64,000 nt of DNA from Spirochaetia bacterium (GTDB taxonomy: Bacteria > Spirochaetota > Spirochaetia > CAKZLE01), in NCBI GenBank assembly GCA_963677595.1, contig OY782041.1, positions 256,001 to 320,000 of the forward strand. The letters run 5' to 3'. This document shows positions 36,724 to 46,616 of this stretch, in pieces. The stretch's first letter is position 1. Each line of letters begins with the position of its first letter. The notes below the pieces were generated by a model that was given only the letters and a program-made list of their open reading frames with translations, was not told the origin of the DNA and searched no databases. Position numbers and translations under genes: made by a program.

Positions 36724-38403
36724 CTACCTCGGGGCAAGGTCCTCGAGAACCCGGAGGATCTCAGGCAGGAGCTGCTTCTTCCTCGAGAGGATTCCCGGGA
36801 GCAGGTACTTGCCGGCTGACTCTTTCTTGTAGACAAGATTCTGCTCAGCCTTCGGGAACTCCGTGGTAAGCAGTACACTGTCCTCCTTGATCACGTTGGT
36901 CACGAGCAGCATGGCCCAGTCAAGGTGGTGCAGCAGCCTCACCCCCTCAAGAGCGGTGATGAACCGTTCCTTGACCTCATCGATGTTCTCCAGCGTCGAC
37001 ACTTCGACCTGCCCGATCCCGAGCCTGACTCCCAACTCCTCGTACTTCTTGAAGTCTGCTTCGATGAGCTCCTTCGGGTCAGCTTCGGTGATCACGGTGC
37101 TGTTGCTGAAGAGCCGCTCCCCGAACTCCCGGTACTCGACATCGAGGATGGCACAGAGGGCATCTACGACGACTTTATCCTCATGCGTGGTCGTCGGGGA
37201 CTTCAGGATCACGGTATCCGAAAGGATCCCCGCAAGCAGCAGGTGGGCGATGTGCTTCTCCACCTCTACTCCGAATCGCTGGTAATGCTGATAGACGAGG
37301 GTGCAGGTCGACCCCACAGGAGCTGCCGAGATATAGATCGGGTACCGGGTCTTCTCTGCCCCAAGCCTATGGTGATCGATGATCTCCACCACATCAGTAT
37401 CCTCGAGCCCGACCACACTCTGGGAGAGTTCGTTATGGTCCATGAGGATCACCTGCTTGCGAGGCCTCCGAATGAAGCACCGCCTCGTGACCGTCCCGAT
37501 GAACTGTTCGCCGGAGAAGACCGGCAGACCACGGAACCCGGACCCGATCAGGGTCTCGAGTGTGTCATCGAAGAGGTCTGTACCCTGGGGTCTTGGGATA
37601 TCGTCCAGGAGGAGGTTCTTGATCGGGAGGCTCAGCCGCATCAGGCGGATGGTCTCTGCTGTATCGAGGTAGGAGATGAAGACACTCCCCTCATAGGAAG
37701 AGAAATCATAATCGATGAGCTCACCCCTGCCGTAGCCGGTGATGATGATGGCCGGGAACTGCTTCCTCACGGCATAGTCGATCAGGTCACGTCGCATGCC
37801 GATGACGAGCACCGGCTTGACCGGCTCGAGTTCGCTGATCCGCTGCATGCTGATCTCATAGGGCATCGCACCGGTCATGATGAAGGTGGAGAACTCACGC
37901 TCGGCTCCTGCCTTGTAGAGGATCCCGTCCACGACCTTGCCGAAGTTCTCGATGAGGAAGTGGTACATCGGGCGGCCGATGCTGTTCTCCCGCATGAAGA
38001 GGCCGGTGATCTCATCGACACTGATGAGCCCGGCATACTGGTCGAGCTCATCGAAGACCGGAACCACGCTGAGGGTCCGGTGGTTGAGCAGGTTGACCGC
38101 GGAGTAGACCGGGTCGTTGATATGGAGCCGCTCATCCGGGAGCTTCGCGATGTCACGAACACGGGGCCTGAGGTCCTTCTCGAACTCCGGAGGCTCGATA
38201 CCTATCTCATGAAAGGCCTCCTTCGTCGCGTTGTTCATATGACCGCACCTGATCGGGATATACTCCTTCGCAGGGTCGATCCTGTTCTTCAGATCGGCAT
38301 AACAGTATGCCGAGCAGACTGAATCCATATCGGGGTTCTTATGCCCCGTTATATACACTTGCACTCTTGCCAAAAGTTCCCCCGTTTTTTTATCCGTACC
38401 CAT
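36724..38403 (-). CDS. ppaC: Mn-dependent inorganic pyrophosphatase with CBS-DRTGG-CBS insert
   Basis: GHKNPDMDS, LMDHNE, IIDHH, ILSDT, SRKKQ; start at ATG 38403 or TTG 38373 rather than 39120. Confidence 0.9.
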   Translation of the reverse strand: MGTDKKTGELLARVQVYITGHKNPDMDSVCSAYCYADLKNRIDPAKEYIPIRCGHMNNATKEAFHEIGIEPPEFEKDLRPRVRDIAKLPDERLHINDPVYSAVNLLNHRTLSVVPVFDELDQYAGLISVDEITGLFMRENSIGRPMYHFLIENFGKVVDGILYKAGAEREFSTFIMTGAMPYEISMQRISELEPVKPVLVIGMRRDLIDYAVRKQFPAIIITGYGRGELIDYDFSSYEGSVFISYLDTAETIRLMRLSLPIKNLLLDDIPRPQGTDLFDDTLETLIGSGFRGLPVFSGEQFIGTVTRRCFIRRPRKQVILMDHNELSQSVVGLEDTDVVEIIDHHRLGAEKTRYPIYISAAPVGSTCTLVYQHYQRFGVEVEKHIAHLLLAGILSDTVILKSPTTTHEDKVVVDALCAILDVEYREFGERLFSNSTVITEADPKELIEADFKKYEELGVRLGIGQVEVSTLENIDEVKERFITALEGVRLLHHLDWAMLLVTNVIKEDSVLLTTEFPKAEQNLVYKKESAGKYLLPGILSRKKQLLPEILRVLEDLAPR

Positions 38404-38469
38404 CCTGTATACTTGCATATAGTACCTGAAAGTAGCTACTATGACAACAAACCAGACAAGGGGAATACA

Positions 38470-38913
38470 ATGGGAAAGAAAATAGTGATAGCAAACGACC
38501 ATGGCGCGATCGAGCTCAAGAGCGAGATCGCTGCACACCTGGCAGCACGGGGATTCGAGGTCGTGAACCTCGGTGTCGATGCCAATGAGTCGGTCGACTA
38601 CCCTGATATAGCGGAGAAAGCCTGCAGGGAATACCTCAAAGGGGGGTATGAGTTCGGGATCGTCTGTTGCGGTACCGGGATCGGCATCTCCATCTCTGCC
38701 AACAAGATCGACGGCATCAGGTGCGCCCTGCCGCAGAACATCTTCGCTGCTACCATGGCCAAGGAGCACAACAATGCGAACTTCCTCTCCTTCGGCGGAA
38801 GGATCGAGTACGGTGAGGCAGTCGTCGACATGGTCGATGCCTTCATCGATACCGAGTTCGAGGGCGGACGCCATGCGAACCGCGTCAACAAGATGATGGA
38901 TCTCGAGGGGTAA
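38470..38913 (+). CDS. rpiB: Ribose-5-phosphate isomerase B
   Basis: ANDHG, SVDYPD, CGTGIGISISANK, EHNNAN, FEGGRHANRV. Confidence 0.96.
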   Translation: MGKKIVIANDHGAIELKSEIAAHLAARGFEVVNLGVDANESVDYPDIAEKACREYLKGGYEFGIVCCGTGIGISISANKIDGIRCALPQNIFAATMAKEHNNANFLSFGGRIEYGEAVVDMVDAFIDTEFEGGRHANRVNKMMDLEG

Positions 38914-38930
38914 CCAACCCTGAACCGGGA

Positions 38931-38963
38931 AAGGCAGCTGTTTGTGAAGGCAGCTGCTTTTTT
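38931..38963. terminator. Intrinsic terminator between rpiB and cdd
   Basis: AAGGCAGCTGTTT-gtg-AAGGCAGCTGCTTT followed by a T run. Confidence 0.7.
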
Positions 38964-38966
38964 GTC

Positions 38967-39383
38967 CTACACGCCCTCCTTCTTCAGGCTGCTCCCGTCG
39001 AATGGGTGCGGGAGGAGGTCTGAGAGGTGGTAGCCGATCTCGATGCCCTCGAGGGTCCCGAGGTAGACCTCGAAGCCCGGGGTACAGAACTCTGTCATGA
39101 CCTGCAGGCACATCGCGCACGGCGGCGCCGGCGGTAAGTCGTCGCTGACGATCACGATAGCGGAGAACTCCCGATACCCTTCTGCCACCGCATGGAGGAT
39201 GGCATTCCGCTCGGCACAGATCGTCGCCCCGTAACTCGCGTTCTCCACATTACAGCCGGTGAAGATGGTATTCCCATCCTTCGTCACCAGTGCAGCACCG
39301 ACCTTGAACCCGGAATAGGGAGCATAAGCAGCATCACGTACGGCCTTCGCCTCTTCGTAGGCATCTTTGATTATCTGTCTCAT
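38967..39383 (-). CDS. cdd: Cytidine deaminase (homotetrameric type)
   Basis: AYAPYSGFKVGAAL, GCNVENASYG, CAER, PCAMCLQ. Confidence 0.95.
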   Translation of the reverse strand: MRQIIKDAYEEAKAVRDAAYAPYSGFKVGAALVTKDGNTIFTGCNVENASYGATICAERNAILHAVAEGYREFSAIVIVSDDLPPAPPCAMCLQVMTEFCTPGFEVYLGTLEGIEIGYHLSDLLPHPFDGSSLKKEGV

Positions 39384-39428
39384 AGTACTACAAGTATACT
39401 ATGATACCTGCCTGCCAGGCAAAGATTA

Positions 39429-40400
39429 TCATGAATCGGATCTTCTCAACCGTGAGAGAGCACGACGGACAGGATCCACCTCATCAGGGAAGACGGTACT
39501 GAAGAAGAGGTCGACCGCCTCGTCATACTCAAGCCCCATACAGGCTTTCACGTTCGGGTCGGGTGAGTCTGTATCCGCTGCCGTGTGCCCGTGGGAATCA
39601 CCTCCTTCATGGACCACGGTGACCCGGGCATCGACGGTCCGGAGGAGACGGGGGGCCAAGAGGTAGAGGATGACCAGTACGTCATGGGGGATGAAGCCGG
39701 GCAGGCAGTCGGATTCCCAGTAGAAGTCCGTATAGACCCGCGAGATGCGGTAGAGCATCGTCGATACCGGTGTGCCGATCTGGCGAAGGATCTCCCTGAG
39801 GTTCGCATCGAAGAGGAACTGTGTGGTGGCATCAAGGCCCACCATGACGATCTCCCTAATCCCGGAGGAGAAGACCGCAGCGGCGGCTTCCGGGGCATTG
39901 TAGATGTTCGCTTCGGCGTTATGGGTGATGTTGCCGCCCTTCACTGCCCCTCCCATGATGACGATGCGTTTAAGCAGCCGAACGATATCGGGGGCTTTCT
40001 GAATCGCCTGCGCGATGTTCTCCAGCGGGCCGAGCGTCGCAAGCGTGATCTCATGGGGATGCTCCCTGACGGTCCTGATGATGAAATCCACGGCATGTTC
40101 GTCCTCACATACGGCATCACCGGGCAGGTAGTCGGGCACGTCACCGAGCGCATCCTTCCCGTGGATCTCCTTCACTTCCGTGGTATCGTGGTCCTTGAGG
40201 GAACAGCCCTTATAGACCTTCACATCCAGCCGTCCTGCCGCCTTCAGGATCCTCAAGGCATTGTTCGTCACCTGTTCGAGGGTGCCGTTCCCCTCGACCG
40301 TGGTGATCCCCTCAACTTTCAGAACCTTCGCATGCAGGGCAAGCATGATCGCGAATGCGTCATCCACCCCGGGATCGGTGTCTATGATGATCCTCTCCAT
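39429..40400 (-). CDS. Nucleoside hydrolase (IUNH family)
   Basis: DTDPGVDD, IHGKDALG, LGPLENIA, AEANIY, HD. Confidence 0.92.
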   Translation of the reverse strand: MERIIIDTDPGVDDAFAIMLALHAKVLKVEGITTVEGNGTLEQVTNNALRILKAAGRLDVKVYKGCSLKDHDTTEVKEIHGKDALGDVPDYLPGDAVCEDEHAVDFIIRTVREHPHEITLATLGPLENIAQAIQKAPDIVRLLKRIVIMGGAVKGGNITHNAEANIYNAPEAAAAVFSSGIREIVMVGLDATTQFLFDANLREILRQIGTPVSTMLYRISRVYTDFYWESDCLPGFIPHDVLVILYLLAPRLLRTVDARVTVVHEGGDSHGHTAADTDSPDPNVKACMGLEYDEAVDLFFSTVFPDEVDPVRRALSRLRRSDS

Positions 40401-40525
40401 ACTGACCTCACTTCATCGGGACTTTGCATAAACTATAGCACAAGAGCGGGGAATCACCAAAGAGGCCTTCAAGTTCCCGCCCCGTTCCGGTAGAATGGGT
40501 ATACGAAACCATCCAGGAGAGCATA

Positions 40526-41038
40526 ATGATAGTACCTATTCATGATAAGAGACCGGTGATCGCCGAGAGCGCGTTCATCTTCGATTCAGCCGATATCGTC
40601 GCGGAGGTGACCATCGGCGAGCACTGTTCGGTCTGGTGCAATGCCACCCTCAGGGGAGACCTTGCCCCCATCACCATCGGGGACGGCACCAACGTCCAGG
40701 ACAATGCCTGCGTCCATGTCAACACCGATATGCCGACTGTCGTCGGGAAAAACGTCACGATCGGCCATACCGCGATCATCCACGGCTGCACCATCGGTGA
40801 CCACTGCCTCATCGGCATGGGAGCCATCATCCTCAATGAGGCCGTGATCGGGGAGAACTCGATCGTCGGGGCAGGGGCGATGGTGACAGCAAGGAAGAAC
40901 TTTCCCCCCAACTCCCTGATCCTCGGCTCACCGGCCAAGGTGGTCAGGCAGCTGACCGATGAGGAGGTCGAGGGAATCAGGGAGAATGCAGCCCACTACA
41001 TCGAGACTGCAGCCGAGTTCAAGGCAGCCCTGGCTTAA
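40526..41038 (+). CDS. Gamma carbonic anhydrase family protein
   Basis: LRGD, NVQDNACVH, VTIGHTAIIHGC, hexapeptide repeats. Confidence 0.92.
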   Translation: MIVPIHDKRPVIAESAFIFDSADIVAEVTIGEHCSVWCNATLRGDLAPITIGDGTNVQDNACVHVNTDMPTVVGKNVTIGHTAIIHGCTIGDHCLIGMGAIILNEAVIGENSIVGAGAMVTARKNFPPNSLILGSPAKVVRQLTDEEVEGIRENAAHYIETAAEFKAALA

Positions 41039-41060
41039 GAGCCCGTGACACTGTCGACAG

Positions 41061-42464
41061 TCAGTGTACGTGCCGCTTATAGACACCCGGGATACCGGCT
41101 CGGATGAACCGGCCCGGTCCCGGGTCGGCAGTATAGACCCCATCCTCTACGAGGATCTCACCCCGCCTGATCGTCATGACACACTTCCCCTGCACCTCGG
41201 TCCCGTTGAAGGGGGTGTACCCCGCAGCGGTATGCTCTGATTCATTGGTGATCGTCCAGGAGGCCTCATCATCGAAGATCATGATGTCGGCATCGGTACC
41301 GACCTGGAGGGACCCCTTCTGGGGGTAGATCCCGAAGGTCTTCGCCGGGTTCACCGAGAGGAGTCCCGCCATCTGCTGGAGCGTTATGAGGCCCCGCTTC
41401 ACACCGAAGGTATGGATGATCGGGAGCATCTCCTCCGTTCCCGGGATCCCGGGGAAGATCGTCCTGCTGTCATTTGATTCGAGCTTCTGCGCATGCGTGA
41501 AGGAGCAGTGGTCGGTCGCGACGATCCGGATCGCCCCGGATGCTATCCCCTGCCAAAGGGCCGCATTGTCATCAGCTGTACGAAGGGGCGGGGTCATGAT
41601 GTAGAGGGAGGCATCCTCGCCATCGAGCAGCTCCCTGGTAAGCATCAGGTAGTGGGGTGTCGTCTCTGCCGAGACCAGCACGCCCTTCACCCTGAGGGAC
41701 TGGACCTCCTTCAGCCCGGCAGCAGAGGAGAGATGGACGATATAGATCGGCATGCCGAGTTCCCCGGCAAGCGACCCTACGGAGCGCACCGCCCTGGCTT
41801 CTGCCTCTGCAGGCCTGAGGTCTGGATGGGTATCAGGGGTGAACGGCCGGTCCCCGTGGGCTTCGAGCAGCTCTTCGATCAGGTCATTATCCTCTGCATG
41901 GACGGTGACCATCAGTTCCAGGTCCCGGCAGGCAGTGAAGAGGTCCCGCAGGCCGGCATGCTCGATGATGTACCCCTCATCCTTATAGGTCGTGAAGATC
42001 TTGATGGTGCGTATCCCCGCCTGCTTCAGCTCCTCGAGCTCCTTCGGTATGCCCTCATGCATCCCGTACACGCCCTGGTGCAAGGCGAAGTCTATAGCCA
42101 TCCCGTCGAGCAGCGTCTGGGTACGCTCTTCGGCAGCATGAAGCAACGTCGTCGATTTGTCGTGGTCGGCAAAATCGATGATGGTGGTGACCCCGCCGAA
42201 CGCAGCGAGCCTGCTGCCCTCGGCGGAACTGTCTGCGGTGACAGTCCCTCGGGAAACCAGGTGGTAGTGGGTATGGGCATCGATGAGCCCGGGAAGCAGG
42301 TACTTCCCCTTCGCGTCGATCACGCGCAGCTCATCTGCATAGTCATGTTCATTGATCTGGTCAGCGATACGGCTGATCAACCCATCGACGATGAGCAGGT
42401 CCGCGTTTCTCACCTGTTCAGAATCAACGAGTGTACCATGTTTGATAAGTAAATTCATCTTCAC
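41061..42464 (-). CDS. hydA: Dihydropyrimidinase/hydantoinase
   Basis: PGLIDAHTH, FGGVTTIIDF, VHAED, VHLSS, ETTPHYL, ATDHCSF, NPAKTFG. Confidence 0.85.
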   Translation of the reverse strand: MKMNLLIKHGTLVDSEQVRNADLLIVDGLISRIADQINEHDYADELRVIDAKGKYLLPGLIDAHTHYHLVSRGTVTADSSAEGSRLAAFGGVTTIIDFADHDKSTTLLHAAEERTQTLLDGMAIDFALHQGVYGMHEGIPKELEELKQAGIRTIKIFTTYKDEGYIIEHAGLRDLFTACRDLELMVTVHAEDNDLIEELLEAHGDRPFTPDTHPDLRPAEAEARAVRSVGSLAGELGMPIYIVHLSSAAGLKEVQSLRVKGVLVSAETTPHYLMLTRELLDGEDASLYIMTPPLRTADDNAALWQGIASGAIRIVATDHCSFTHAQKLESNDSRTIFPGIPGTEEMLPIIHTFGVKRGLITLQQMAGLLSVNPAKTFGIYPQKGSLQVGTDADIMIFDDEASWTITNESEHTAAGYTPFNGTEVQGKCVMTIRRGEILVEDGVYTADPGPGRFIRAGIPGVYKRHVH

Positions 42465-42544
42465 ATCTCCAGTACATTAAGATAATACAAATTATCGTAA
42501 TATTCTCCTTGTTGTGGGCACAGTATGGAAGTACATTTAAGAGT

Positions 42545-44380
42545 ATGAATACGATAACCTATACTAAACATAACACACTCCTCGGAGAATATCAGATAAA
42601 AAAACTCGAGGAGGAGCGCTCCTTCCTCGACCTGATCCACGATCACGGCATCGAGGGCTTCGATGCCCCCTGCGGGGGCAACGGTACCTGCGGGAAGTGT
42701 CGGATCACGATCGTCTCGGGGTCGGTCTCCCATGTGACCGAGAACGAGAAGAAACGCCTCAGCTCCAGGGAGCTGTCCGCCGGTATCCGCCTTGCCTGCA
42801 GCTGCTCGCCGAGGAGCGATGTGGTCATAGACTTATCGCACCACGACCTGGAATCTGCGGTCATCTCAGCTGCCAGCAGCGGGGGGCGGCAAGTCTCACG
42901 CATAAAGCCGAGAATCACCCGCAAGCCCCTGGACATGCTCCCCGACGGATCTCTCGAGGATCAGAGAGCCCTCCTGAGCAAAGCCATCGGGAACGCTTCG
43001 GCTTCCCTTTCCATGAAGGTGCCGTCTGCACTCCTTAGCTCCCTCCACTCCCATATCGGCACGGAAGCTGACCTGGTCCTCAAGGACGGCGTACCGAAGC
43101 GGATCGCACACCGCGGGGAGAAGCTCTACAGTATCGCTGTCGACATCGGGACTACCACCGTGGTCTGCTACCTCGTGGACCTGGAATTCGGGGAGGTCAT
43201 TGACAACTTCTCGGGCCTGAATGCACAGAAGAAGTTCGGTGCGGACGTCATCAGCCGGATCGCCTATGCCACCTCCTCTGTCGAACAGCAGGTACGCCTG
43301 CAGAGAGCCATCGTCTCCCAGATCGATTCAGGGATCAGGGCCCTTGCTGAACGCCATACTATCAGCCCGGAACAGATCATGCAGATCACGATAGCCGGGA
43401 ATACCACGATGATGCACCTGCTCGCAGGTGCCGACACCTCGGGGATCGCCGCATCTCCCTTCATACCGGTATTTACCGACTTCCTCACCGTCCCTGCGGT
43501 GGAGCTGGGTTTCACCTTCACACCGAACCTTGAGGTAGAGCTCCTTCCATCGGTAGCTGCCTATGTCGGGGCTGACATCACGGCAGGCATCCATGTCGCC
43601 GGGATCCATGTGGACAACACCCCCTCCATCCTCCTCGATATCGGGACGAACGGGGAGATGGCCTTCTCCATCTCTGATCATATCATCTGCTGCTCGACAG
43701 CAGCAGGCCCCGCATTCGAGGGGGCGAACATCACCTTCGGGACGGGAGGCGTGAGAGGGGCGATCGATACGGTGAAGCTCGATGACCATACGGTATCCTA
43801 TACCACCATCGGTGGTATTGACCCGATCGGCATCTGCGGTTCGGGGATCATCGACTGTGTCGCCGAGCTGATCAGGACAGGCCTCGTCGATTATACCGGG
43901 AGGCTGCTCACCCCGGAGGAGACTGACCATCCGGGCATCAAGTATTGTGACGGGGACCCGGTATTCTGCATCACGGCACTCGATGAGGAGTCCGCAGACC
44001 ATGCCGTCTACCTGACCCAGAAAGATATCAGGGAGGTACAGCTCGCGAAGGCGGCAATCGCTGCCGGGCTGCAGACCCTGCTTTCCGAGGCCGGGGTCGC
44101 AGAAGCTGACGTGGAACATCTCTACCTTGCCGGCGGGTTCGGGAGCTACATACGTCCCGAGAGTGCCGGGGAGATCGGGCTCATCCCGAAGCAGCTGGTA
44201 GCAAGGACGAAAGCCATCGGAAACAGTTCCGGTGAGGGAGCGGTCCGATTCAGTTGTTGGGAGGACCATGCCCATGATATACTGACGGTAGCACAGCATT
44301 GCCAGTATATCGAGTTATCAGGGCACAGGGAGTTCCAGGATTTCTATATCCAGGAGATGCTCTTCCCGATGGAGGACTAA
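42545..44380 (+). CDS. ATP-dependent reductive activator of corrinoid proteins (RACo-type, 2Fe-2S + ASKHA/DUF4445)
   Basis: CGGNGTCGKC..RLAC, VDIGTTT, GADVISRI, DIGTNGE, AAGPAFEG, GICGSG, LTQKDIREVQLAKAAI. Confidence 0.92.
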   Translation: MNTITYTKHNTLLGEYQIKKLEEERSFLDLIHDHGIEGFDAPCGGNGTCGKCRITIVSGSVSHVTENEKKRLSSRELSAGIRLACSCSPRSDVVIDLSHHDLESAVISAASSGGRQVSRIKPRITRKPLDMLPDGSLEDQRALLSKAIGNASASLSMKVPSALLSSLHSHIGTEADLVLKDGVPKRIAHRGEKLYSIAVDIGTTTVVCYLVDLEFGEVIDNFSGLNAQKKFGADVISRIAYATSSVEQQVRLQRAIVSQIDSGIRALAERHTISPEQIMQITIAGNTTMMHLLAGADTSGIAASPFIPVFTDFLTVPAVELGFTFTPNLEVELLPSVAAYVGADITAGIHVAGIHVDNTPSILLDIGTNGEMAFSISDHIICCSTAAGPAFEGANITFGTGGVRGAIDTVKLDDHTVSYTTIGGIDPIGICGSGIIDCVAELIRTGLVDYTGRLLTPEETDHPGIKYCDGDPVFCITALDEESADHAVYLTQKDIREVQLAKAAIAAGLQTLLSEAGVAEADVEHLYLAGGFGSYIRPESAGEIGLIPKQLVARTKAIGNSSGEGAVRFSCWEDHAHDILTVAQHCQYIELSGHREFQDFYIQEMLFPMED

Positions 44381-44381
44381 T

Positions 44382-45656
44382 TTGGCTTCACGTCAGCATA
44401 CCGTCAGCAGGGACGAAATATTCGCCAGGGCTGCGGAGATCGCGCATCACTACAGTCTCAGTACGGGGATCAAGGTGAGGATCCTCACCGACGATTCCAC
44501 TTCAGGTTCCTTCTGTGACGTCTGCCTCTCCGGCAAGGAGGATACCTGCCTCGAGGTCCACCGGTACAACGCGAAACAGGCGGAACGGTTCGGCGGGAGC
44601 TACATGTACTTCTGCCACTCCTCCATGCTCTACTGGACGAGCCCGGTCATCTTCGAAGGGGTCATGATCGGCTCCTTCACTGCCGGGCCTGCCACGATCA
44701 TCAGCCGGGATGAGATGATCCAGGACATCATCCCGGGAGGTTCGGAAGAAGAACGGTCCCATGCCCATGACCTGCTTGCCGAGGTCCCCTCGGTAACGCC
44801 TGAGCAGTCCAGGTCCTTGGCCGAGATGCTGCTCATGTGTGCCGGCTGGGTCAACAACAGCACCGACCACCAGATCATCGAGAGCAAGGAGTACCAGAAC
44901 CAGCAGGACAGGATCTCGGAGTACATCCACCAGCTGAAGCAGCATGAGTCGACTGAAGAGCTCTCCTACCCGATCGAGCTCGAGGACGAGCTCTACAGCG
45001 CGATATCACAGGGGAAGAAACAGCAGGCGCAGAAGACGCTCAACGAGATCCTCGGTAATGTCTTCTTCGCTTCCGGCAACAAGATGGAACTGATCTCCTT
45101 CCGGGTGACAGAACTCATCGTCCTGCTCTCCCGCGCGGCGATAGGGGGTGGTGCCGACCCTGAGGAGACGCTGAGCATGAACTTCACCTACCTCAGGCAG
45201 GTGACCCAGTTCAGGTCGATCGACAGCCTCGCCTACTGGCTCTCGAAGGTCCTCAATGACTACTCCTCGCTGGTCTTCGACCTCCAGGATACCAAGCATG
45301 TGGACAGGCTCGAGAGGACACTCCACTACATCCATACCCACTACACGGAGAAGGTCACCCTCGTGGAGGCGGCCAAGCGCGCCAACCTGAGCCTGACCTA
45401 CTTCAGCAAGGTCTTCAAGGAGGAGATGGGGCAGAGCTTCACCACCTATATCAACCAGATACGGGTGAACCATGCGAAGACGCTCCTGAAGACCACCCCG
45501 TGCACACTCATCGAGATCGCCGGGATGGTGGGCTTCGATGACCAGAGCTACTTTTCCCGGGTATTCAAGCAGGAGGTTGGGACCTCTCCGGGCAAGTACC
45601 GGTCAAAGAGCGTCAAATGGCTCAAGGACGCCCCGGAGATCCACAGCGAACCGTAG
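44382..45656 (+). CDS. AraC family activator with N-terminal PocR sensory domain
   Basis: FCDVC..C, YMYFCHSSML..SPV; C-terminal double HTH (YFSKVFKEEMG; GFDDQSYFSRVFK). Confidence 0.88.
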   Translation: MASRQHTVSRDEIFARAAEIAHHYSLSTGIKVRILTDDSTSGSFCDVCLSGKEDTCLEVHRYNAKQAERFGGSYMYFCHSSMLYWTSPVIFEGVMIGSFTAGPATIISRDEMIQDIIPGGSEEERSHAHDLLAEVPSVTPEQSRSLAEMLLMCAGWVNNSTDHQIIESKEYQNQQDRISEYIHQLKQHESTEELSYPIELEDELYSAISQGKKQQAQKTLNEILGNVFFASGNKMELISFRVTELIVLLSRAAIGGGADPEETLSMNFTYLRQVTQFRSIDSLAYWLSKVLNDYSSLVFDLQDTKHVDRLERTLHYIHTHYTEKVTLVEAAKRANLSLTYFSKVFKEEMGQSFTTYINQIRVNHAKTLLKTTPCTLIEIAGMVGFDDQSYFSRVFKQEVGTSPGKYRSKSVKWLKDAPEIHSEP

Positions 45657-45743
45657 GATCCATATCTTTGGATTGAGCTCCAAAGGATGAAATATCCTAA
45701 AATAGTCCAAAAAAAATAAAAATAATCAAAGATTTCTCCCATA

Positions 45744-45891
45744 TTTCAGCGTACTCTTGTCCTATACCAAGGGGAAAGAGGTGAGAATCCTCTGCGAGCC
45801 CGTCACTGTGAACATGGGGATGCATGCAATTCATCCAAGCCATGTAAGCCAGGTTACCTTGAGAAAACAGAGAAGCTTCGTGGATCAAGCT
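45744..45891 (+). ncRNA. Cobalamin riboswitch (short form) with kissing-loop hairpin
   Basis: AAGGGGAA, AGAGG-TGAGAAT-CCTCT T-loop stem, CACTGTGA, B12 box TAAGCCAGGTTACCT; downstream AGCTT-CGTGGATC-AAGCT hairpin whose TTCGTGGA can pair with TCTGCGAG. Confidence 0.82.
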
Positions 45892-45915
45892 GGAATACAT
45901 TAAGGAGTTAACGGT

Positions 45916-46554
45916 ATGGCAGTAGATTTGATGGCGCTTTCTGAATTCCTGCAGAAAGGTCGGGCAAAAGAGGTAACGGAACTGGTTCAGCAGGCACTTG
46001 ATGAAGGCATGAGCGCAAAGGAGATCCTTCATGACGGTCTCATGCACGGCATGAACATCATCGGTGAGAAGTTCAAGAACAATGAGGTCTTCGTCCCTGA
46101 GGTACTGATCGCCGCACGTGCGATGAACATGGGGACTGCGATCCTCAAGCCGTTCCTCGCTGATGCAGGGGTACAGGCAGCAGGCAAGGTCGTCATCGGC
46201 ACCGTCAAGGGCGACCTCCATGATATCGGGAAGAACCTGGTAGCCATGATGATGGAAGGGAAAGGCCTCGAGATCATCGACCTCGGCACAGACGTTCCCC
46301 CGCAGAAGTACGTGGACACCGCTATCGAGCAGGGTGCGAACATCATCGCTTGTTCAGCGCTCCTGACCACCACCATGACCCAGATGAAGGCTGTCGTCGC
46401 AGCTGCTGATGCTGCAGGGATCAGGGACAAGGTCAAGATCATGATCGGCGGCGCCCCGGTGACCGAGTCGTTCAAGGAGAGCGTCGGGGCTGACTTCTAC
46501 ACCGCTGACGCTGCTTCCGCAGCGAACGTTGCGGTAGAGATCTGCCAGGCGTAG
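45916..46554 (+). CDS. Methyltransferase corrinoid protein (MtaC/MttC-like)
   Basis: FVPEVLIAARAM cap domain; GTVKGDLHDIGKNLV (DxHxxG), SALLTTTM, MIGGAPV. Confidence 0.95.
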   Translation: MAVDLMALSEFLQKGRAKEVTELVQQALDEGMSAKEILHDGLMHGMNIIGEKFKNNEVFVPEVLIAARAMNMGTAILKPFLADAGVQAAGKVVIGTVKGDLHDIGKNLVAMMMEGKGLEIIDLGTDVPPQKYVDTAIEQGANIIACSALLTTTMTQMKAVVAAADAAGIRDKVKIMIGGAPVTESFKESVGADFYTADAASAANVAVEICQA

Positions 46555-46568
46555 ATACAACTAAAAAC

Positions 46569-46600
46569 CCGCAGCTGTGGCCGGTGAGGCCGCAGCTGTT
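46569..46600 (+). terminator. Intergenic stem-loop after the corrinoid gene (attenuator or mRNA stabiliser)
   Basis: GCAGCTGTGGCC-ggtga-GGCCGCAGCTGT followed by TTT. Confidence 0.55.
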
Positions 46601-46616
46601 TTCTTAGGAGAGAGGT

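Noticed and set aside
36925-38322. 465-aa + strand ORF and similar long antisense ORFs (39585-40493, 41493-42452, 43328-44299, 5659-6450)
   Set aside because: Shadow frames of well-supported genes, expected with high GC3 codon bias; no motifs
38404-39120. 798-aa version of the pyrophosphatase ORF
   Set aside because: The extension overlaps rpiB (opposite strand) and cdd; PPase motifs begin near 38403
44382-45891. Listeria-style B12-riboswitch antisense RNA against pocR
   Set aside because: The aptamer is on the same strand and points away from the regulator, so it cannot drive an antisense transcript
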